This document shows positions 1-9,409 of a DNA stretch of 46,309 nt, piece by piece (position 1 is the stretch's first letter; every line of letters begins with the position of its first letter). The notes under the pieces are model-generated. The model saw only the letters and a program-made list of their open reading frames with translations. It was not told the origin of the DNA and did no database searches. This stretch comes from an uncultured Clostridium sp. (lineage in GTDB: Bacteria; Bacillota; Clostridia; TANB77; CAG-465): assembly GCA_948470565.1 (NCBI GenBank), contig CAOKPF010000006.1:1-46309 (forward strand). The letters run 5' to 3'. A program made the position numbers and the translations under genes.

Positions 1-1
1 C

Positions 2-109
2 AATACAGTAGATGGTTCAACATATAGTAGTGGTTGGTCAAAATATAATTTTACAGTAGAAGTATCTATAGGTGGTACTACAAAAACAGTATATGTATAT
101 GCTAATTAA
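2..109 (+). CDS. 3' end of a gene running in from the window edge (..SGWSKYNFTVEVSIGGTTKTVYVYAN*)
   Basis: Open frame from base 2 to TAA at 107-109, followed by a hairpin at 167-200. Confidence 0.6.
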   Translation, partial: NTVDGSTYSSGWSKYNFTVEVSIGGTTKTVYVYAN

Positions 110-166
110 TAATAACTTTAATAGCTAAAATAAAACTAGAAGGGGATGTAAAAAAGTCCTTAAAAA

Positions 167-200
167 ATGAGACTTGAGTCAAAAAAGATTTAAGTCTCAT
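167..200 (+). terminator. Hairpin, probable intrinsic terminator
   Basis: ATGAGACTTGAGTC-AAAAAA-GATTTAAGTCTCAT followed by CTTTT. Confidence 0.55.
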
Positions 201-315
201 CTTTTGAGTAATAAATTAAAAAAAATAGATATTAAAAAAATTTTAATCATATAACGCGCAAAAAACTAAGACATAATTTTTTATGGGAAGAAAATATAAA
301 TGTCAAATAAAAAGT

Positions 316-638
316 GGTTCTTTCGCAATTTATGTGAAAAAACACTTCCAAATTTGATGTTTTTCTGATACAATAACATCAACAAATTTGGAGGTTAATT
401 TTTATATGGAAGAACTAATGAAAAAACTAGATAAAAAAATAAAAGTAATAAGTTATGAAGAGATTGATGGTATATCAAATATACACATTAAAAGAACTAA
501 TAAATCAGCAATATGTCCATGTTGTGGAAAGAAATCATTTAAAATTAATACAAAATATTTTAGAACAATAAAAGATTTACCAATTCAAGACAATAAAGGT
601 CCTTCTGCAATATTAATCACATAAATTGCGGAAGAACC
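316..638 (+). mobile_element. Internally deleted ISL3-family element (MITE-like, 323 bp)
   Basis: Terminal IRs GGTTCTTTCGCAATTTATGTG (316-336) and CACATAAATTGCGGAAGAACC (618-638) match at 20/21. An 8-bp direct repeat TAAAAAGT flanks it at 308-315 and 639-646. It contains the transposase N-terminus. Confidence 0.9.
406..624 (+). pseudogene. Truncated ISL3 transposase (zinc-finger N-terminus only)
   Basis: CPCCG...YFRTIKDLPI motif typical of the zf-ISL3 region. GGAGG RBS before ATG 406. The frame runs into the right IR with no DDE domain. Confidence 0.85.
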
Positions 639-692
639 TAAAAAGTTAATAAAAAGTGGAAAATAAAAAAGTGCAAGATATATAGAAATAAT

Positions 693-930
693 ACCAGGAT
701 AAAATCACGTTTAGTGCGTTTGAGCCGATCTTAAAACATAAAAATTTAACTACTAATAATATAATTTACATAAAACAATAGTATATTGTTTTAATATTAT
801 AAAATTTGTTTTTCAGGTTTTTTGATTTAAAATTCAAATAAATCCTAAAATATAGCCTTTTTACAATATGCAGTCAAAAATTATGTAAAATATTATACGT
901 GAAACGAAGTATACGCGATTTTATCCTGGT
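693..930. mobile_element. Non-coding element with 29-bp imperfect terminal inverted repeats (putative MITE)
   Basis: ACCAGGATAAAATCACGTTTAGTGCGTTT (693-721) matches the reverse complement of 902-930 at 25/29. No ORF and no clear target duplication. Confidence 0.65.
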
Positions 931-946
931 GCAGTTATTTTTTATA

Positions 947-975
947 TTGAAAAAATTTTTTACATATGCTATAAT
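947..975 (+). promoter_or_regulatory. sigmaA-type promoter of the MATE gene
   Basis: TTGAAA-17 bp-TATAAT with extended -10 TG. Confidence 0.6.
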
Positions 976-1038
976 TAGATATGTCGACATTTTTTGAATA
1001 ATGTAGAATTTTGTTGTAAATTAATTATAGAGGTGTAT

Positions 1039-2322
1039 ATGAAAAAGATATTAAATAATGATATGAAAAAACAATTAGATTTATCACTTCCAACTGGTTT
1101 TGAGTGTCTAATGGGAGTATTTATTGGACTTATTGATACAGCTGCAATTACTCCAATTGGTAATTCTGCTGTTGCAGCAGTAGGAGCTATGGCATCCGTA
1201 ATAGATCTATTTTATTTATTGCTTCAATCTGTAAATGTGTCAAATAATTCAATAGTAGCAAGATTATTTGGAGCTAATAAATTAGAGGATATTAAAAAAC
1301 AAACAGGTACATCAGTTATAGTTGCAATTATATTTACTTTAATTTGTACTGTTATAACACTTTTAATCAGTCCAATTTTACCAAGATTATTTAAAGTAGA
1401 TACAATATGTTTAGTATACCTATATATACGTTTAATAGGAGCAGTACCAAATTCTGTAATTTCGATATTAAATGGACATCAAAGGACACTTGGAAAATCA
1501 AAAAAAGTAATGTATGTAAAATTATTCAATTTAATTTTAAACGTTATTTTAGATTTTTTAGCAGTAAAGCTAAACTTTGGAGTTGCAGGTGTTGCAGTAG
1601 CTACTGTAATATCAGATGTAGTTTCTATGATTATATTAGTTATTATGTCTAAAAATACTGTACAATATAAATTATCAAAAAATCATTTGAATGAATTATT
1701 GCCACTTGTAAAATATTCAGCTGAAGAAAGAGTATTCAAAAGGTGTAGTAATCTTGCATTTAATGTAATACTTTCAAGAATGGGAACTAATGAATATGCA
1801 GTATATGTTATTTTATTTCAAATAGTTAATGCTTTTGAGAATTTCTTTTATGGAGTAGGAGTAGGAGTTACGTCTAATATTGGAATAGCAATTGGTAAAA
1901 ATGATACAAATGAGTTAAAAAAGGTTGAGAACATAGTAGAAGACTTAAATATAGTAATGTCTGTAATTACTCCTATATTTACAATTTTATTGTTAAAATT
2001 TTTAGTACCAATATTAATTATAGATGAGGTAGCTTTGCAAATTGCTAATAATTGTACTCCGTTTGTAATTGTATGTACACTAATAATTCCAATATGTTGT
2101 GTTACAAGTGCAAGTTTAAGAGGACTAAAAGATTTTAAATATAGCGCTAAAACTATTTTTATATCTTCTTGTGTAGTAAAACTTGGAGTAGCAGTAATAC
2201 TTTGTAATACTTATCTTGGAATTGCAGGAGCTTTAGCGGCCCTTGCCATTAGTAATTTATTTACTACTGTACTTCAAGATGAAAGAATAGAGAAAGTAAA
2301 GAGTAACTTTTTAAACATATAA
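1039..2322 (+). CDS. MATE-family efflux transporter
   Basis: Many hydrophobic segments with MatE motifs (GLIDTA..IG..AVAAVG; LNVILDF..FGVAGVAVATVIS). GAGGTG RBS before ATG 1039. Confidence 0.85.
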   Translation: MKKILNNDMKKQLDLSLPTGFECLMGVFIGLIDTAAITPIGNSAVAAVGAMASVIDLFYLLLQSVNVSNNSIVARLFGANKLEDIKKQTGTSVIVAIIFTLICTVITLLISPILPRLFKVDTICLVYLYIRLIGAVPNSVISILNGHQRTLGKSKKVMYVKLFNLILNVILDFLAVKLNFGVAGVAVATVISDVVSMIILVIMSKNTVQYKLSKNHLNELLPLVKYSAEERVFKRCSNLAFNVILSRMGTNEYAVYVILFQIVNAFENFFYGVGVGVTSNIGIAIGKNDTNELKKVENIVEDLNIVMSVITPIFTILLLKFLVPILIIDEVALQIANNCTPFVIVCTLIIPICCVTSASLRGLKDFKYSAKTIFISSCVVKLGVAVILCNTYLGIAGALAALAISNLFTTVLQDERIEKVKSNFLNI

Positions 2323-2478
2323 ACTATAATATGATATATATAAATTGTTAAATAAAATAAATATGATAATTTTGTTAAAAGTTACATAAATATATTGACG
2401 GTTATAAAAAGATATGTTACAATGTTTTCATAAAATTCAAAAAGTAAATAATAATTATTATTTGTAGGAGGTATTTTT

Positions 2479-2625
2479 ATGTATGCACAAAGATATTGTA
2501 ATATTAGAAGAGCAATGGATAAAGAAATTTTATTAAAAAATGCTGAGCAAGTAGATAAATCCAAAAATGAAATTATATCAAAAGATAAAGAGGAAGAAAA
2601 AATACTAAAAATAAGGAGTATTTAA
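2479..2625 (+). CDS. Small charged hypothetical protein, 48 aa (MYAQRYCNIRRAMDKEILLKNAEQ...)
   Basis: AGGAGG RBS and promoter TTGACG(2395)-17-TACAAT(2418). Below the ORF-track size cutoff. Confidence 0.6.
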   Translation: MYAQRYCNIRRAMDKEILLKNAEQVDKSKNEIISKDKEEEKILKIRSI

Positions 2626-2668
2626 TCTTGTATTTCTTCATAAAAAATTTATGGATTTTAAATTATAC

Positions 2669-2709
2669 AAAAAATCATTGAAAATACTATGTAATTTCAG
2701 TGATTTTTT
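2669..2709. repeat. Dispersed palindromic repeat, copy 1
   Basis: AAAAAATCATTGAAAATACTATGTAATTTCAGTGATTTTTT. Confidence 0.75.
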
Positions 2710-2790
2710 ATATTTTTCTATATTAAATAAAAATAAATTGTCAAATATATTGGTTTATGATACAATGTAATAAATAATAGGAGGTATAAT

Positions 2791-3702
2791 ATGCAAAATA
2801 GAATAAAACCGTTTGTAAAGTGGGCAGGTGGAAAGGGAAATATATTAGATAAATTAAGTAAATTTTATCCAGTAAATTTAAAAATGGGGAATATTGAGTG
2901 CTATATAGAACCATTTATTGGTGGTGGTGCAGTTATGCTTGATATTTTACAAATGTATAGAGTTAATGAATTCTTTGCGTTTGATACCAATATAGATTTA
3001 ATAAATTCATATAATGTTATAAAAGAAAATGTAGAAGAATTAATTGATGAGTTAAGAAAATTAGAAGAAAATTATTTATGTTTAGAAAAAGAAGAAAGAA
3101 AAGAATATTATTATAGTATAAGGGATAAATATAATTTAAATATAATAGCAAAAAATGATGTATCTATAAGTAAAGCATCTCAGTTTATATTTTTAAATAG
3201 AACTTGTTTTAATGGACTGTATAGAGTAAACAAAAATGGTGATTTTAATGTACCAATGGGAAATTACAACAACCCTAAAATATGTGATAGTCAAAATTTA
3301 AGAGCATTGTCAAACCTTGTAAAAAATGTAGTATTTGAATGTGGAGATTATAGTTTATGCGAAAAATATATAAAAGAAAATACATTTATATATTTTGATC
3401 CACCATATAGACCTTTAAATATTACATCAAGCTTTACTTCATATACTAAGGAAGAATTTGATGATATAGCACAAAAAGAGTTAGCCACATTCTATAAAAA
3501 TTTGAATGATAAATATAATATAAAATTAATGCTAAGTAATTCTAATCCAAAAAACTCAAATAAAGATGATAATTTTTTTGAAGAAATATATAATGGTTTT
3601 TATATAAATGAGGTATTTGCTAAAAGAATGATAAATTCTATTTCTGATAAAAGGGGTGAAATATCAGATCTTTTAATAACTAATTATGAAGCTAATATAT
3701 AA
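2791..3702 (+). CDS. dam: Dam-family (D12 class) N6-adenine DNA methyltransferase, orphan
   Basis: KWAGGK, EPFIGGGAV, LNRTCFNGLYRVN and DPPY motifs. Confidence 0.9.
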   Translation: MQNRIKPFVKWAGGKGNILDKLSKFYPVNLKMGNIECYIEPFIGGGAVMLDILQMYRVNEFFAFDTNIDLINSYNVIKENVEELIDELRKLEENYLCLEKEERKEYYYSIRDKYNLNIIAKNDVSISKASQFIFLNRTCFNGLYRVNKNGDFNVPMGNYNNPKICDSQNLRALSNLVKNVVFECGDYSLCEKYIKENTFIYFDPPYRPLNITSSFTSYTKEEFDDIAQKELATFYKNLNDKYNIKLMLSNSNPKNSNKDDNFFEEIYNGFYINEVFAKRMINSISDKRGEISDLLITNYEANI

Positions 3703-4035
3703 TTTTACAAAAAATAAATCAAAAACTAATAAAGTTTTTGAAAAACGGTTCTTACAACTAATGTACAAAATCAGTAATTAAGTAATTATATACATATTTA
3801 ATAAACGTAAAAAATGATATTTTATTTTACAAAGCAATATAAAATATTTTAAAATTTAGGCGTAATAATAATTATATAGATTTTTATAATTTTAATCTGT
3901 AAATATTAATTAAAAATATATTAAAATAAAACTATTTTTAGTAAAGGTATTGACATAAAACACAAATTATTATATAATGTATGCGTAACAATATTGATAG
4001 CAAAATTTAATTAAATTTTTTAAGGAGGAATAGTT

Positions 4036-4302
4036 ATGGTTGAACAAATTTTTGGAGGAATAGGAAAAGCAATTGACAAGGTAGGACTTACAGCAGCAAA
4101 GGTCTGCGTTGAGGGAAAAAATTATATTGAGAACTGTGTAGCATTAGATGATGCGAAAAAACAATATAAAGAACTTTGCCAGCGGATAGGTGAAAATCTT
4201 GTAGTAGGAGGTAACGTTGCTGATCTTTTGGTTGAAGCAAAATGTTTAAAAGAATTTATTGATGAGGCTGTTGAGTCAGGTGAATCGATAGAAAATTTGT
4301 AA
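4036..4302 (+). CDS. Hypothetical protein
   Basis: AGGAGG RBS, TTGACA(3950)-17-TATAAT(3973) promoter, and a downstream hairpin at about 4321-4365. Confidence 0.75.
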   Translation: MVEQIFGGIGKAIDKVGLTAAKVCVEGKNYIENCVALDDAKKQYKELCQRIGENLVVGGNVADLLVEAKCLKEFIDEAVESGESIENL

Positions 4303-4440
4303 ACATATTTTATTAAATAAAAAAATGTGATGATGATATGTAATGTATTTTTTCATCACATTTTTTTTATGTAATTTTTTTATCTAAAAAATTTGTAATA
4401 AATTTTGTAAATAACTTCCATAATATATTTAGGTGAGAAT

Positions 4441-5403
4441 ATGAATAAAAAATATTTAAATTTTAGAACTGATATGGCAGATGAAAGAGTAGATACATAT
4501 AAAAAGGTTCACAATTTAAGTGATATTGATGGAGTAGAAGTTGTATCAAAAAATGATGGAGATGTTGTTGTAACAACTGTAAATGTTTTAAATGAAAACG
4601 GAGCAAAGGCATTGTCTAAACAAATTGGAAAGTATGTAACAATGCAAATAAACGATCTTAATATAATAGATGAGGCAGGAAAAGAGCAAATAGCAAAGCA
4701 GGTATCAGAAGAGGTAAAGGAGATGATTGGGAGAGATGAAAAAAGTTCAATACTTGTTGTAGGGCTTGGAAATATGTACGTTACACCAGATGCACTTGGA
4801 CCAAAAGTAGTGCAAAACATAGATATAACTAGGCATATTTTAAACTTTGCAAAAGAATTAGTCGAACCAAATACTAGAGCAGTAAGTGCTATTTCACCAG
4901 GAGTTTTAGGAACCACTGGAATCGAAACATCAGAAATTGTTACATCAGTTGTATCAAAAACAACTCCAGATATGATAATTGTAATAGACAGCCTAGCTTC
5001 ACAAAGTGTACATAGAGTTGGAAATACAATTCAGCTTAGTAATACAGGTATAACTCCTGGAGCAGGTGTTAGGAATAAAAGAGAGGGAATAAATAAAGAA
5101 ACTATGGGAATACCTGTAATTTCAATTGGAGTACCTACTGTTGTTGATATGGCTACGATAACTAATAGTGCTATTGATAAGATGATAGAAAATGCAAAAA
5201 GTGAATTTGATGAATTTAATTCAAGTGGTATAAGTAGTAATACTATGCTTAAAGCATTAGAAACTTTTGAAGATGATACTAGATATGATATGATAGCAAA
5301 TGTACTTGACACAGAAAATTACATAGTTACACCTAAAGAGGTAGATGAATTAATCGATACCATGTCTGATATAATTTCTAGTGGTATAAATTTAGCTATG
5401 TAG
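4441..5403 (+). CDS. gpr: GPR endopeptidase (spore germination protease)
   Basis: RTDMADE, VVGLGN..VTPDALGP, PGVLGTTGIET, GVPTVVD and VTPKEVD motifs. Confidence 0.95.
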   Translation: MNKKYLNFRTDMADERVDTYKKVHNLSDIDGVEVVSKNDGDVVVTTVNVLNENGAKALSKQIGKYVTMQINDLNIIDEAGKEQIAKQVSEEVKEMIGRDEKSSILVVGLGNMYVTPDALGPKVVQNIDITRHILNFAKELVEPNTRAVSAISPGVLGTTGIETSEIVTSVVSKTTPDMIIVIDSLASQSVHRVGNTIQLSNTGITPGAGVRNKREGINKETMGIPVISIGVPTVVDMATITNSAIDKMIENAKSEFDEFNSSGISSNTMLKALETFEDDTRYDMIANVLDTENYIVTPKEVDELIDTMSDIISSGINLAM

Positions 5404-5439
5404 ATGTATACATGAAAATATATAGCAAATAATAATATT

Positions 5440-5796
5440 ATGATATATATAGTTGGATTAATTACAGGTGTATTAAATGGATTATTTGCATCTGGTGCTG
5501 GTCAGATATTAGTATTTTATTTAATATATATAATAAAACAAGAAACTCATATAAGCAGAGCTGCAAGTGTTAGTGTATTATCTATATCCAGTATTTTTGC
5601 TTTATTTGGATATTCAAAAATAGTAGATTTTGAAATTACTAAAATAATAATACTAGTAATAGTATCTATAATTGGTGGAGTAATTGGCTCAAAAATTATG
5701 AAAAAAATTCCAGCAGATATTTTAAATATAGTATCAGGAGTAATAATAATTTCACTAACAGTATATAGATTTTTTTCAAATGGAGGCAGTTTATGA
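5440..5796 (+). CDS. TauE/SafE (TSUP) family half-size membrane protein
   Basis: GLITGVLNGLFASGAG motif and four hydrophobic segments. Confidence 0.75.
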   Translation: MIYIVGLITGVLNGLFASGAGQILVFYLIYIIKQETHISRAASVSVLSISSIFALFGYSKIVDFEITKIIILVIVSIIGGVIGSKIMKKIPADILNIVSGVIIISLTVYRFFSNGGSL

Positions 5797-6182
5797 TATT
5801 ATATGTTATAGCATTACTTAGTTCTATTGTATCTGGTATGGGAATTGGTGGAGGAAGTATATTTATAATTATAGCTACTATACTAAATTTGCTTGAACAA
5901 AGAGATGCCCAAGCGTATAATTTGGTAATGTTTGTAGCACTTGGTATTGCTACTACTATTTTTAATTTAAAAAACAAAAATATAGATAAAAAATTAATTT
6001 TCAAATTAATTATACCAGTATGTATAGGTAGTATAATAGGGATAAATATAGCAAAACAAATATCCGAAGAAAACCTTAGAACTTACTTTTATATTTTTAT
6101 GCTAATTATTGGAATTTATGAAATAATTTCAAGTTTAAAAAATATTATAATGGCAAAAACTAATAATAATGAAAGGAGTTGA
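5793..6182 (+). CDS. TauE/SafE (TSUP) family half-size membrane protein
   Basis: SGMGIGGGSIFI...EQRDAQAYNL motif. ATGA overlap with the previous gene. Confidence 0.8.
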   Translation: MILYVIALLSSIVSGMGIGGGSIFIIIATILNLLEQRDAQAYNLVMFVALGIATTIFNLKNKNIDKKLIFKLIIPVCIGSIIGINIAKQISEENLRTYFYIFMLIIGIYEIISSLKNIIMAKTNNNERS

Positions 6183-6186
6183 GTTT

Positions 6187-6324
6187 ATGGATTTTGCAAA
6201 AGGTGCAATGTTTGGTATTATGGCAGGTGCTGTAATTGGAGTTATGAACAGTGATAGTATATTAAATACATTAAAACAGGGAAAAAAAGGACTTAGAAGA
6301 ATGACAAGAAAATATGGTATGTAA
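6187..6324 (+). CDS. Small YtxH-like glycine-zipper protein, 45 aa (MDFAKGAMFGIMAGAVIGVM...)
   Basis: AAGGAG RBS, GxxxG hydrophobic N-terminus and basic C-terminus. Confidence 0.7.
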   Translation: MDFAKGAMFGIMAGAVIGVMNSDSILNTLKQGKKGLRRMTRKYGM

Positions 6325-6519
6325 TAAGTATAGATTAGTAATGTTAAGAATAGTTGAGTATACTAAATGTATCTTAACTATTTCTTTATTTTGAAATTAT
6401 AATTTAAAATAATACACTAGAAATTTTTTATTTGTCTAATATAAACTATAACAGTTATTTAATTTTAAGTTTTTGTATCAGAATATTTGTCATACTCATA
6501 TAATAAAAAGAGGTGAGTT

Positions 6520-7413
6520 ATGATGAAAATAGGACTAGCATTAAGCGGTGGAGGAGCAAAGGGGGCTGCTCATATTGGAGTATTACAAGCATTAAAAGAA
6601 GAGGACATAAAAATAGATTATATATCTGGTACAAGCAGTGGTAGTATAATTGCAGCTTTGTATGCTGTAGGATATAATCCATTTCATATTTTAAGTATTT
6701 TTAATACATATTGTAAACATATTGCTGATTATGATAAAATGTTACCATTTAAATTAATGAACACAATTTTTACAGGAAAAATATCAATTTGTGGACTGGC
6801 TAAAGGTGATAAATTAGAAAGTATTATAAATATGTATATGAAAAATAAAGGAATTATTGATATTAGTCAAGTACCAATGCCACTTGCAATTCCAACAGTT
6901 GACTTAAAAACAGGTGAGGTAATATATTTTATTAGTAAAGGCGAAAGAATAGAAAACACTGATGATACTATTAATGCAACAAAATTTGATGATGATCCCA
7001 CATATTTATATAGTGGTTATTTATGTTCAATAATTAGAGCAAGTTCAAGTTTTCCTGCTGTATTTCAGCCTAAAATATATAATAAAAAAGTATTAGTAGA
7101 TGGTGGAGTTAGAGTAAATACACCTGTGTCAATTTTAAAACAGATGGGAGCAGAAAAAGTAATAGCAGTAAGCTTTGATAGAAATAAATATGTACCTAAT
7201 AACTTTAATATAGTGTCTGTTTCAATAAAATCATTTGATATAATGGGACATCAAGTAAACCAAGAGGAACTATCTTATGCAGATTATGTGTTAAGACCTA
7301 AACTTGATGATGTATCTTTATTAGATGGAAGTAAAACAAATTTACTAGCAACACAAGGCTATCAGGCAGTAAAAAGGGAAATTGAAAGTATAAAAGAAAA
7401 AATTCAAAGCTAA
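6520..7413 (+). CDS. Patatin-like phospholipase
   Basis: LSGGGAKGAAHIG, GTSSG and DGG motifs. Confidence 0.93.
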   Translation: MMKIGLALSGGGAKGAAHIGVLQALKEEDIKIDYISGTSSGSIIAALYAVGYNPFHILSIFNTYCKHIADYDKMLPFKLMNTIFTGKISICGLAKGDKLESIINMYMKNKGIIDISQVPMPLAIPTVDLKTGEVIYFISKGERIENTDDTINATKFDDDPTYLYSGYLCSIIRASSSFPAVFQPKIYNKKVLVDGGVRVNTPVSILKQMGAEKVIAVSFDRNKYVPNNFNIVSVSIKSFDIMGHQVNQEELSYADYVLRPKLDDVSLLDGSKTNLLATQGYQAVKREIESIKEKIQS

Positions 7414-7477
7414 ATAAAAAAGAACTAACAGGTATATTAATTATCTATTAGTTCTTTTTCAAGAATAAAAATGTTAC

Positions 7478-7852
7478 TTATTTGTTTAAAGTAATATTTT
7501 TGCATATACAAAATGTTATAATCTGAAATTCTATATAAAAATTTATACTAAATATTTTTGCAAATAACCACGTTAAAGCAAGAAAAATGAGTACAAATAT
7601 TATATAAGAAAAAATAAGTATAACTACAATAGATATAATTGTTGGAAATTTTTCTGTATGTTTATTAATTATTATTATTGTAATTATTATTGTAATAATT
7701 AATATAGTAATTGTAAGAATGCCAAAAGTAATATAAAAAAATGCTTTTTCTTGAGTAGTTAGCATAAAAACATTAGATACTAAAAGGCTAAAATTAAAAA
7801 TAATAAGCCATAATGTTAATTTTTTTAATGTAGATGATAATAATTTTGACAT
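7478..7852 (-). CDS. Hypothetical membrane protein
   Basis: AAGGAG RBS and three hydrophobic segments. Confidence 0.6.
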   Translation of the reverse strand: MSKLLSSTLKKLTLWLIIFNFSLLVSNVFMLTTQEKAFFYITFGILTITILIITIIITIIIINKHTEKFPTIISIVVILIFSYIIFVLIFLALTWLFAKIFSINFYIEFQIITFCICKNITLNK

Positions 7853-8084
7853 AGTAGTATTCTCCTTTTTTAAATTATTATTTTTAGAAACATTCTTTAT
7901 AATTATAAGAAAATAGAAAAGTTACATAATATATAATATTATATGCTATGTTTTACATAATGTCAAATCTTTTTTTTATTTTTACAGATAATTCATAAAT
8001 TTTACAAAAAACTTAAAAGACAATATTCTAAAATTTGTCAGTAAAAAAGTGTTAGAAAAAATAATATTATTTTAGTTATAAAAT

Positions 8085-8122
8085 AAAAATCATAAAAATA
8101 CATATGTAAATTTAATGATATT
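8085..8122. repeat. Dispersed palindromic repeat, degenerate copy 2
   Basis: AAAAATCATAAAAATACATATGTAAATTTAATGATATT. Confidence 0.6.
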
Positions 8123-8412
8123 CAAGTCTTTAAATTGCATATTATTCATTTTTTTATTAATAGAATAATATTATATATAATCTATAATTGATAGTATTAA
8201 AATATAAATTTTAGTAATATATGATATATAATTTCTAAGATTGAGATTTTCTTTTTGAAGTTTATACATAATTAGTAAAAAATAGTTATTATATGTTTTA
8301 ATTATACCAATAAAAATTTTTGTATTATTATATTATAAAAATCAATTTGTAAAAATATATTTACTTCTTTACAACTACGTGATATAATTGTCAAGGCAAG
8401 GAGGTAATTATT

Positions 8413-9276
8413 TTGGAAACGATAATAGATGTGAAAAGTATAGTTGATATTAAAAAAGAGGAGATAAAACATAAAGTAAAAGAATTAAGTAAGAAAAAAA
8501 TATATCCAAAATTAGCTGTAATTTTAGCAAATAATGAGGATTCATCTAAGGTGTATATTGGAAAAAAAAGAAAAATGTGTGAAGAACTTGGAATAGAAGA
8601 TGTTGAGTATATATTTGACGAAAAAGTAACAATGGAAGAGTTATTAGTACTTATAGAAAGGCTTAATCAAGATAATACAGTTGATGGTATTTTAGTACAG
8701 TTACCAATATTTAAGCATTTAGATGAAAAAAAAGTTTTGAATGCAATTTCACCTTTAAAAGATGTTGATGGTTTTCATCCACAAAATTTAGGGAAATTAG
8801 TAGGTAATCAAAAAGATGGTATAATTCCATGTACACCAAAGGGAATTATGATGATAATTGATGCATTAAATGATATAGAAATTGAAGGAAAAAATGCAGT
8901 CGTTATTGGTAGAAGCATTATAGTAGGTAAACCAATGGCAGAGTTGTTACTTAACAGAAATGCTACTGTTACTATATGTCATTCTAAAACAGCTGACTTA
9001 AAAAGTTATACAAAAAATGCTGATATACTTGTTGTAGCAACAGGGGTAGCAGGACTTATTACAAAATCTATGGTAAAAAAAGATGCAATTGTAATAGATG
9101 TGGGCATAAATAGAGTTGAGGGAAAATTATGTGGAGATGTAAAAACTAAAGAGGTAGCAACCAGAGTAAAATATATTACTCCTGTACCTGGTGGCGTTGG
9201 TCTTACAACGGTTGTATCACTTATGGATAATGTAGTAAAAATTGCAAGTAGAAAGGTTATAGATAAAAAGAAATAA
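8413..9276 (+). CDS. folD: Bifunctional methylene-THF dehydrogenase/cyclohydrolase
   Basis: GILVQLP, KDVDGFHP, PCTPKG, GRSIIVGKP and TPVPGGVG motifs. TTG start after AGGAGG. Confidence 0.96.
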   Translation: METIIDVKSIVDIKKEEIKHKVKELSKKKIYPKLAVILANNEDSSKVYIGKKRKMCEELGIEDVEYIFDEKVTMEELLVLIERLNQDNTVDGILVQLPIFKHLDEKKVLNAISPLKDVDGFHPQNLGKLVGNQKDGIIPCTPKGIMMIIDALNDIEIEGKNAVVIGRSIIVGKPMAELLLNRNATVTICHSKTADLKSYTKNADILVVATGVAGLITKSMVKKDAIVIDVGINRVEGKLCGDVKTKEVATRVKYITPVPGGVGLTTVVSLMDNVVKIASRKVIDKKK

Positions 9277-9409
9277 ATATTTATGATTTTATTAATAAAG
9301 TAAAAATGTTATAAATTTACATATTTTTATCGTATTTGCATAGATTTTATATATTAAAGAGCATATTATATATATATATTAATAAAAGTAAACAAAATGG
9401 AGGAGATTT

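Noticed and set aside
3747-3760. GGTTCTT as another ISL3 end
   Set aside because: The match is only 7 nt and no partner inverted repeat was found.
7860-8412. THF or ZTP riboswitch upstream of folD
   Set aside because: The region is extremely AT-rich without conserved riboswitch motifs, and a -10 box lies close to the start codon.
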